Assembly: GCF_002803295.2 (NCBI RefSeq)
Contig: NZ_PGGB02000015.1
Span: forward strand, 60-32,059
Length of the DNA: 32,000 nucleotides
Source: Caedibacter taeniospiralis
Lineage (GTDB): Bacteria > Pseudomonadota > Gammaproteobacteria > Francisellales > Francisellaceae
Reading direction: 5' to 3'
Shown here: one piece after another, positions 8,076 to 15,409 of the stretch
How the letters are laid out: each line of letters begins with the position of its first letter
Position numbering within the stretch: the stretch's first letter is position 1
Position numbers and translations under genes: made by a program
Notes under the pieces: generated by a model
The model's database searches: none
What the model saw: the letters and a program-made list of their open reading frames with translations, nothing else
What the model was told of the DNA's origin: nothing

Positions 8076-10283
8076 CTAAGCAACCACACGCGCCACATTC
8101 TCAACATAAGCAGTCGCACTCATTTTTTTGGCCAACGTTTCAAGTGTTTGCATATCGCTAAGAATGAGACTCAACTTAATCGTTTTATACTTTTCTGATT
8201 GTGAAGGCTGCAGTGCCGCAATCGTAATTTTCTCACTCGTTAAAATACTGGTTACTTCATGCACTGCTTTGTCAACGTCACTACAAATAAGCAACAAATC
8301 GACCTGATAGCGCCTTAGATCTTTCTTACCCCATTGTACATCCAGCACACGCTCGGGCAAGCTTAAGCTTAAACGTAAAAAATTTGGACACACGGATCTA
8401 TGCACAGTGACCCCTCTGCCATGCGTTAAATAGCCTCCAATGTCATCGCCTTGCACAGGTTTGCAGCAGCCTGCCATATGCGATAGCAGGTTATCCACTC
8501 CATAAATGGTTAAATCAGTTTTACGAATATTTTCATGCAAATTGTGCGTGATACTGGCAAGCTTATTCGTTTTATCTTCCTGTATTGCTTTATCAACCAG
8601 ATTATAGTGTTCAACGATATAGTTGATCACCTGATTAAAACGTAAGGCTCCCGTTTCAATACCTGCATATAAAGTTTCTTCATCCGCCATATTAAAGTGT
8701 GAGGCAACTTCACTGTAATCGATTGACTTAAGACGATGAGTTTTAAGCTCATCTAAGAGACGTTCACGCCCTAAAAGCGCATTTTGCTCTTTATTTTGCT
8801 GCTTAAACCAGCGTGCGACACGTGCACGAATTTTGGCTGAATGAATAAAGCCACTGCCTGCATTTGCCCAATCCATGCTCGGACTGGGTTCTTTGTGCGT
8901 TAATATTTCAACCTTATCACCCGTTGCAAGCTTCGTCGTTAAGGGCACTATTTTACCATTGATCTTAGCACCTTTAGTCCTGTGCCCGATCATCGTATGC
9001 ACCATATACGCAAAATCAAGCACAGTTGACCCTGACTCAAGATCAATGACGTCACCATGAGGCGTAAATATATATACACGATTGATGGTAATTTCTTTTT
9101 TCAGCTCATCACTATTGATTTCATTAGCAAGCTCACTCTCCCAATCTAATAATGAACGCAGCCAGTTGACTCGGGCTTCGTAGCTTGGATCATGTTTAAC
9201 CCCCTCTTTGTAGCGCCAATGAGCGGCGACGCCCATTTCAGACTCATTGTGCATTCCATGCGTTCTGATCTGCACTTCAAGGGTTAAATGCTCAGGACCA
9301 TAAACTACCGTATGTACCGATCGATAACCATTTGGCTTGGGCGTGGCAATATAATCAGCAAATTCACTGGAAATGGGTTCCCACAATTGATTAACAATAC
9401 TTAACGCACCATAACACTCATCAACTGAGTCTACTAAAACGCGTAAGGCTCTGATGTCATAGAGCTCATCCAAAGAGCGCTCTTTTTTTCTAAGCTTCCG
9501 CCAGATACTATAGATATGCTTAACTCTGCCACTTAGCTCAAATTGGATATTTTCTTTTTTAAGCGCACCCGCTAGCGTGTCTATCGCATTTTGAATATAC
9601 GCCTCACGTTCAAGGCGTTTCTTTTTAAGTCCTCTCGCGATTTTTTTATACTCAACAGGATAGAGACAGGCAAACGCACGGTCTTCAAGCTCCCACTTGG
9701 TTTTAGCCAGTCCTAAGCGATTGGCTAGTGGCGCATAAATTTCTAGAATTTCTTTGGCAATCGTTTGCTTGTAGCTTTCCGTCCAATTTTTAGCTGCTCG
9801 CATTGTACAGACTCTATCAGCCAATTTCACCAAAACAATACGCACGTCTTCGACAATCGTTAGTAACATTTTGCGAAATGTGTCAATTTGCGACTGATTA
9901 GGTTTGGCGTTTTGCAAAGCACGTACTGCAGACATGGCCTTCGCACCATCTAAAATTTTTAATACCCCTTCACCACATTGTTTAGCAATAAGCTCAGATG
10001 GCGTTTTTTGGTTGTAATGCAACTCAAACAGCAAGGCCGCTGCCACTGAATCTTCATCCGCCTGCAGATCAAATAATACGGCTGCCATTTCAATACCATA
10101 ATCAAAACACGTACCACCGTGCACAGAAGGCTCATCAACGCCGTATTGCGCTAATATATCAAGAGCTACAGCAATCGTTGCCAGTCTGTTTTTTGGGTAA
10201 AAACCTTCGAGTAAAGCCAACCATTTTTGAAAATCTATGAGCCCCTCTTTGGTCAAGGCATATCTGTCCGTTACTTGCACCAT
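8076..10283 (-). CDS. relA: GTP pyrophosphokinase, RelA type
   Basis: Synthetase motifs ELSGRVKHIYSIWRKLRKK, DIRALRVLVDSVDECYGALSIVN, DYIATPKPNGYRSVHTVV; TGS domain RVYIFTPHGDVIDLESGSTVLDFAYMVH; C-terminal ACT. The hydrolase HD motif is degenerate. Confidence 0.96.
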   Translation of the reverse strand: MVQVTDRYALTKEGLIDFQKWLALLEGFYPKNRLATIAVALDILAQYGVDEPSVHGGTCFDYGIEMAAVLFDLQADEDSVAAALLFELHYNQKTPSELIAKQCGEGVLKILDGAKAMSAVRALQNAKPNQSQIDTFRKMLLTIVEDVRIVLVKLADRVCTMRAAKNWTESYKQTIAKEILEIYAPLANRLGLAKTKWELEDRAFACLYPVEYKKIARGLKKKRLEREAYIQNAIDTLAGALKKENIQFELSGRVKHIYSIWRKLRKKERSLDELYDIRALRVLVDSVDECYGALSIVNQLWEPISSEFADYIATPKPNGYRSVHTVVYGPEHLTLEVQIRTHGMHNESEMGVAAHWRYKEGVKHDPSYEARVNWLRSLLDWESELANEINSDELKKEITINRVYIFTPHGDVIDLESGSTVLDFAYMVHTMIGHRTKGAKINGKIVPLTTKLATGDKVEILTHKEPSPSMDWANAGSGFIHSAKIRARVARWFKQQNKEQNALLGRERLLDELKTHRLKSIDYSEVASHFNMADEETLYAGIETGALRFNQVINYIVEHYNLVDKAIQEDKTNKLASITHNLHENIRKTDLTIYGVDNLLSHMAGCCKPVQGDDIGGYLTHGRGVTVHRSVCPNFLRLSLSLPERVLDVQWGKKDLRRYQVDLLLICSDVDKAVHEVTSILTSEKITIAALQPSQSEKYKTIKLSLILSDMQTLETLAKKMSATAYVENVARVVA

Positions 10284-10450
10284 CGCTACTTACCCATTCC
10301 TAAATCAATAATCGTCGTATCTTTATTAACTGGAGAAACCACTGGGATTAAGCATAACGAAAAACTTCTCAAAACCCCAGTGAAAGTATGGCAATAATCG
10401 CTTGAATATATAATGCGAAATATCGGCTTAGGACAAAATATTTGCCAAAG

Positions 10451-10493
10451 TGTGGGTGTGGGGGATGAGCGAACACTATCACACCCACACTGA
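10451..10493. repeat. Perfect 12-bp stem inverted repeat, 19-nt loop
   Basis: agtgtgggtgtg ... cacacccacact; 54 bp downstream of the rnpB 3' end. Confidence 0.7.
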
Positions 10494-10546
10494 TTAACTC
10501 ACACTTTAAAACAGGCAGGAAGCAATCACAGCCAAAATATCAAAAG

Positions 10547-10981
10547 GCTAAGTCAGTCGATAAGCCGGGTTCTGTCGTGGACAGTCATTTATCTAGATAT
10601 TATGTCGCCACAATACTCAAGCAGCCTACCCGATTGCAGTGCGAGCCACACTATTACAATCCTATTTGGCTTTGCTTCAGATGGGGTTTGCCATGCCACT
10701 TTTGTTACCAAAAGCGCGGTGCGCTCTTACCGCACCTTTTCACCCTTACCTGTATGAAAACATACATTGGCGGTCTATTCTCTGTTGCACTTTCCGTAAG
10801 CTCACACCTCCCAGGAGTTACCTGGCACCTTGCTCTATGAAGCCCGGACTTTCCTCATCTGACCACTAAGTCCCAGGCTCAAAAACATTTAGCTGAGACC
10901 ATCCTGCCTAAACTCACACTAAAGTTTTCATTCTAAACCATAAACTTAGTGGTCAGATGCGACTGCCTGACCAACTTAGCG
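10547..10981 (-). ncRNA. rnpB: RNase P RNA, bacterial class A
   Basis: Minus strand reads gctaagttggtcaggcagtcgc...aggaaagtccgggcttcatagagcaaggtgccaggtaactcctgggaggtg...agtgcaacagagaatagaccgcc...ggtaagggtgaaaaggtgcggtaagagcgcaccgc...ggtaaaccc-like...cgacagaacccggcttatcgactgacttagc. P1 pairs GCTAAGT with ACTTAGC. Confidence 0.97.
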
Positions 10982-10987
10982 GGCGTT

Positions 10988-11017
10988 ATTATAGGCTAAG
11001 CTTGCGGCGAATAGCAA
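10988..11017 (-). promoter_or_regulatory. Predicted sigma70 promoter of rnpB
   Basis: Minus strand TTGCTA-N18-TATAAT, with the -10 box at 10993-10988, about 7 nt from the P1 5' strand. Confidence 0.75.
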
Positions 11018-11675
11018 TAATCTCTTGTTCGGAAATGGTTTTTAAGCGACTAAATTCCGTTTGTAATCCCAGAAGCTTTTCACTTGCACGCTTTTGAAAC
11101 TCCCTGACTTTTTGATCACAATCCATACGAGTCGTGAATAATTCACTTTGCGCACTTTGGTACTGCTCCAAGGCCTCCAATCTTGAACTTCTTATAGCTG
11201 CAAGTGCCTGAAATAATTTTTGAATTATTTCAGTTTCTTGTTGTAAGCGCTCCAAGGTCAATGGCTCTCGTGGGGCAATCGCTGCATAGGATTCATCTGA
11301 ATTGCTATTGCCTATAAATTGCGTTCTTGAATATGGTTTCTTATGACCATTCTGAACTGAGGACTCCTGTGTGCAATTACGCTGCAACTTTCTCGACTTG
11401 AAACTGCTGATATCTGGTCTTCGCAGTTTGTTATTGCTGCCAGCCCCATAACTCGTTTCAGCTCTTGTTTCAGTGGATCTGAACTTTGGCTTTACTTCGT
11501 TGCTTAAATGAGGATTTTCTTTCTGCCATTTCCCTAGCAAAACGGCAATTTGTGCATGGGTACCCCTTCTTAGTTCTCTGCGCACATATTCGAGTGTAAC
11601 TTTACGCCCTTCCTGATTTAATCTCTCTGCTACTGCAGCAAGCTCCTCATAACTTATCTGGTTATCTTCTGACAT
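10989..11675 (-). CDS. KfrA N-terminal-like putative DNA-binding protein with coiled-coil C-terminus
   Basis: ISYEELAAVAERLNQEGRKVTLEYVRRELRRGTHAQIAVLLGKWQKENP resembles the KfrA_N helix-turn-helix domain; the C-terminus is heptad-like and charged. Confidence 0.75.
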   Translation of the reverse strand: MSEDNQISYEELAAVAERLNQEGRKVTLEYVRRELRRGTHAQIAVLLGKWQKENPHLSNEVKPKFRSTETRAETSYGAGSNNKLRRPDISSFKSRKLQRNCTQESSVQNGHKKPYSRTQFIGNSNSDESYAAIAPREPLTLERLQQETEIIQKLFQALAAIRSSRLEALEQYQSAQSELFTTRMDCDQKVREFQKRASEKLLGLQTEFSRLKTISEQEIIAIRRKLSL

Positions 11676-11902
11676 GGATTCCCTTAATACTCCAATATTT
11701 TATACTTGATGTAAGGATGAAAATAAGCACCATCTTTTTAGCTGTCCACTCAAGGAAAGAGCTCGCAGTGCGAAGCCACGAGATAGCTCGAAAATATCAA
11801 CATTGCGAAGGTTTGTATTACTTAACTTTGTAGTAGAAAATACTCTAGAGGCAAACTCACCGCGCGGATTATGACCAAACTTTCGCTTAAGTTCAAGAAA
11901 AA

Positions 11903-13138
11903 TCATGCCAGGATCGTTAAAAGACCAGAACTACTACATAATTGCAACACGATAATCAGTGTCCCAGTGAACATTAATATCAATAAATATAATTTGCTTA
12001 TTAGCGTATTGCGCGCCTCTTTACACCGCAAAGACCATGTCATACATGCAGGCAATATAATTAGCAAAACACACACAAAGATACTCGCATATCCCAAAGC
12101 TGCAAGAAAACCATTAACAAAGAAAACAGCAAAAATCAGGGGAGGAAGATAGGTAATAGCAAAGTTTAATAATCGAAACGGCGTCGTTTTCTTAAACTTA
12201 TACGTGTCTTGATTAAAGTGAAACAGCGCCAAAGTCACGCCCAGAAAGGACGTCGTGACAGCAACATTCGAAAACCCAATAATAAACCCACTAGCACTTC
12301 GAACATTAAGTAAATGATGATACGCCATTCCCAAATCAATGCCATGAGTCATTAAATATTTAAAACCATAATTTCCTAATACGGGAATAACGCCCAAAGT
12401 GACCATTACCCAAACGGTATAAACAACAAAAGGGACACAAGCTCCCACTACCACGACACGCTTTAGCACCTGGTCATTTTTAAAATAATTACGTATTGTT
12501 GGGATTACAATATGAAAACCAAAAGAAGTAATCAAAATTGGAAACGCATACCAGGCATAGCCAATGCCCATGCTCGCCTCACTTAATAAACTTTTTTGCA
12601 CGTAGGGCACGATAACCACGATAATGCCAAGAAAACACAATGCTTTTAAAGCAAAAAACAACTTGTTAAGCTGATCCACTGCCGAGGTACCAAAATAAAT
12701 AATAGCCCCAAGAATCAGGGTAAAGAGCAAAGCACCATACCCTCCTGAGTGACTTACCCCAAATACGTATTGATCTAAAAGCCCACCCCCCATAGCAATG
12801 TAAGCCGTCGTTAGTGCATATAACAGCAACAGGTACGCAAGCCAGTTTACCACCTGCCCAAATCGCCCTAAGGTAGCATATGCCATGGTATTTAAATCTG
12901 CTCCAAATGGCTGGCGTGTATTTACTTCAACCATCAAAAGTGCTGTTGCCAACATGATAATCCAATTAATAAACAGGAGGATCAGCGCAGTCTTGAACCC
13001 GACAGCAGCCACGGCATACGGAATGGCGAGCATCCCCGCCCCAATAGAAGTCCCAGCAATGAGCAAAACACCTCCAAGCTTCTTCATCCTTGAAACCGTT
13101 TGTGGCATATCATTTTCCAACATATTTTTGTGAATCAA
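11903..13138 (-). CDS. Aromatic amino acid permease (tyrosine/tryptophan permease family)
   Basis: KKLGGVLLIAGTSIGAGMLAIPYAVAAVGF...; multiple TM segments, HAAAP/TyrP-like. The true start could be the downstream M at MPQTVSRMKKLGG. Confidence 0.88.
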   Translation of the reverse strand: MIHKNMLENDMPQTVSRMKKLGGVLLIAGTSIGAGMLAIPYAVAAVGFKTALILLFINWIIMLATALLMVEVNTRQPFGADLNTMAYATLGRFGQVVNWLAYLLLLYALTTAYIAMGGGLLDQYVFGVSHSGGYGALLFTLILGAIIYFGTSAVDQLNKLFFALKALCFLGIIVVIVPYVQKSLLSEASMGIGYAWYAFPILITSFGFHIVIPTIRNYFKNDQVLKRVVVVGACVPFVVYTVWVMVTLGVIPVLGNYGFKYLMTHGIDLGMAYHHLLNVRSASGFIIGFSNVAVTTSFLGVTLALFHFNQDTYKFKKTTPFRLLNFAITYLPPLIFAVFFVNGFLAALGYASIFVCVLLIILPACMTWSLRCKEARNTLISKLYLLILMFTGTLIIVLQLCSSSGLLTILA

Positions 13139-13221
13139 AAAATTAGCGAAACCTCATGTTATCATTACAAACAAAACTGGCAACCAATTTTCTCTTACTG
13201 CTACGTAATTTTTTATCCCAC

Positions 13222-14238
13222 TTAAGCATTATTTAAAGCTGCTCTTGGCTTAACATCAATCGCCATATCTTTATCACAAAAGCCATTTTCTAGGCGATAA
13301 GCACCTGCCACGGCAATCATCGCACCGTTGTCTGTGCAATACCTCAATGGGGGATAATAGACTTGCCAGTGATTTTTTAGCGCAAGCCTGCTTAACGTTT
13401 CTCTTAGATGCTTATTGGCACTTACACCACCTGAAACGACCAGATTTTTGATCCCAGTATGTTTCAGTGCACGTTTGCATTTGATCGAAATCGTATCAAC
13501 TACTGCCTCCTGAAAGGCATAAGCAATATCTGATTTTGTCTGCTCACTCTTGTCTTCCAGGAGCTGCCAGGCATTAAGCACTGCAGTCTTTAAACCACTA
13601 AAGCTAAAATCAAACCCAGGTCGATCACACATAGGTCGAGGGAATATAAACTCACTCAGATGACCATTCTCTGCAAGCCTGGCTAAATGAGGACCTCCTG
13701 GATATGGAAGACCTAACAACTTTGCTGTTTTATCAAACGCTTCACCTGCAGCATCATCAATCGACTCCCCCAGAAGCTCATAACTGCCAAACTTCTGCAC
13801 CTCAATCAGCTGGGTGTGTCCTCCTGAGATTAATAATGCAATATATGGATATTCAGGCTTATCTTCCTCATTAAGTAACGGGGCTAATAAATGCCCTTCC
13901 AGATGGTGAATCGCGATGGCAGGGATATCTAGCATAAAGCTTAAGGTTTTAGCAAATGCCGCACCAACCATCAACGCACCAACCAATCCTGGCATGGCGG
14001 TGTAGGCTATTGCATCAATGGCTTTCAATGACAGCTTCGCCTCTGTTAATGCCGCTTTTGCTAAAGGCAAAAGTTTTGCCACATGATCTCTTGAAGCAAG
14101 TTCAGGAATAACTCCACCATATGGTGCATGCAAATCAATTTGACTATACAACTCATTAGCTAATAGCTTCTGGGTACGACTATCGTAAATGGCAATGCCT
14201 GTTTCATCACATGAAGTTTCAATTCCTAAGACAATCAC
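13222..14238 (-). CDS. tsaD: tRNA N6-threonylcarbamoyladenosine biosynthesis protein TsaD
   Basis: [19 protein letters not shown]...[13 protein letters not shown]...[12 protein letters not shown]...[12 protein letters not shown]...[13 protein letters not shown]. Confidence 0.98.
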   Translation of the reverse strand: MIVLGIETSCDETGIAIYDSRTQKLLANELYSQIDLHAPYGGVIPELASRDHVAKLLPLAKAALTEAKLSLKAIDAIAYTAMPGLVGALMVGAAFAKTLSFMLDIPAIAIHHLEGHLLAPLLNEEDKPEYPYIALLISGGHTQLIEVQKFGSYELLGESIDDAAGEAFDKTAKLLGLPYPGGPHLARLAENGHLSEFIFPRPMCDRPGFDFSFSGLKTAVLNAWQLLEDKSEQTKSDIAYAFQEAVVDTISIKCKRALKHTGIKNLVVSGGVSANKHLRETLSRLALKNHWQVYYPPLRYCTDNGAMIAVAGAYRLENGFCDKDMAIDVKPRAALNNA

Positions 14239-14492
14239 AGCGGTGTTGCCCTTTTAATCTTATTGCAGCGTTTTCCCCTCGAAAAAAGTAAAAGCAACAT
14301 TCCCACCGTGAGACCCACAATAAATACCAGTAGCAGCAATAGAATCAGGGGCAAGTTGAATGAGCCCAGTAAATAATTGAAGCTCACAGGCTGCGCATTA
14401 AGCACAGCCAATACACATACCAAGACAAATACAATCACTAACAACACATAGCCAACAACACGCATTACTCTTTCCCAGGTTACTAACGCCAA
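14235..14492 (-). CDS. LapA domain-containing small membrane protein
   Basis: [40 protein letters not shown] is the LapA-domain pattern; overlaps the tsaD start by 4 nt. Confidence 0.85.
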   Translation of the reverse strand: MALVTWERVMRVVGYVLLVIVFVLVCVLAVLNAQPVSFNYLLGSFNLPLILLLLLVFIVGLTVGMLLLLFSRGKRCNKIKRATPL

Positions 14493-14663
14493 AAAACCGT
14501 TGCATCATACCACATTTACGCGCAAAAGTTTTAGCTTGTTTTTAATCGCGCTCAACGCAAGAATTTAGCTTTCATTAACAAGCACTATTTGTTAGAATGC
14601 AGCTGCTTTTGTTTCATGTTTTTAGGCTTAGGACCAAATTTCCGCCCAAACAAAATAGATGCT

Positions 14664-14718
14664 GTCATTCCCGCCTGACCACTCTGGAGTGGTCAAGCCC
14701 GCGAAGGCGAGAATCCAG
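14664..14718. repeat. Composite intergenic repeat: GTCATTCCCGC...GCGAAGGCGAGAATCCAG with a nested palindrome
   Basis: gtcattcccgc + ctgaccactctggagtggtcaagc + ccgcgaaggcgagaatccag; inner 20-bp inverted repeat tgaccactctggagtggtca at 14676-14695. Confidence 0.75.
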
Positions 14719-15409
14719 CTTTCAAATGACTCCTGCAACCTCGCACAGGGTGACGATGGGCGGAAACATGGTGAGGGTCTATTTTTAACAAAACAAAAAC
14801 TGATTTGACATGGATTTTGGCTATTGTAAATCGATTGGGAAAAACAGATTGCACCAACGCAATATATATCACCCCAATACCTGTGTACACATGGCTTACA
14901 AAAACTTGCATATGCACAAAAGCAATGCCCAAGGCATTTTTGTGCAGTTGTGAAGAACTAGTCCCATTGCGCATTTTATGTGCTCAGTGTGACTGATGAT
15001 TTAGAGGGATTAATAATGCAGTGACTTACAGACGTCATTGGAAATGCTTCTCTTAGAGAAAAAATTAAGAGCAGCATTTAGGAAAAAATCTCACGTTAAA
15101 TCGCATAAATAAAGGTATTAGGGCAAAAATTTAAGTGCCCAATTTGTGAATCTACTTAGACCCGTGCTCTTAAGCAAAAGTCTATAGAGCGTCATGATCA
15201 AGTAAGGTGACCCGTTGGCGCGAAATAAAACTATGGAAAACACAAATAAATAATGATGGTTTTTATAACAATAATAACAATAACAGCTTACCTGACTTGG
15301 GTTTTAACTAACCAGGGTTGGGATTTATCTCATGCAAACTCATCATTCCAGCACTTAGCTTTACCTGTAATACCTTTTAAACAATCATTATTTAAAAGGA
15401 TAACAACAT

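Noticed and set aside
10330-10385. Short inverted match ccactggg / ccccagtg upstream of relA
   Set aside because: Only about 7-8 bp paired over a ~30-nt loop in AT-rich DNA; too weak to support a structure.
10577-10869. Plus-strand ORFs over the RNase P RNA
   Set aside because: The region is clearly rnpB; the ORFs are incidental antisense frames.
14597-14996. Small ORFs over the intergenic repeat (14597, 14693, 14805)
   Set aside because: They translate repeat DNA, lack RBS or family support, and overlap each other.
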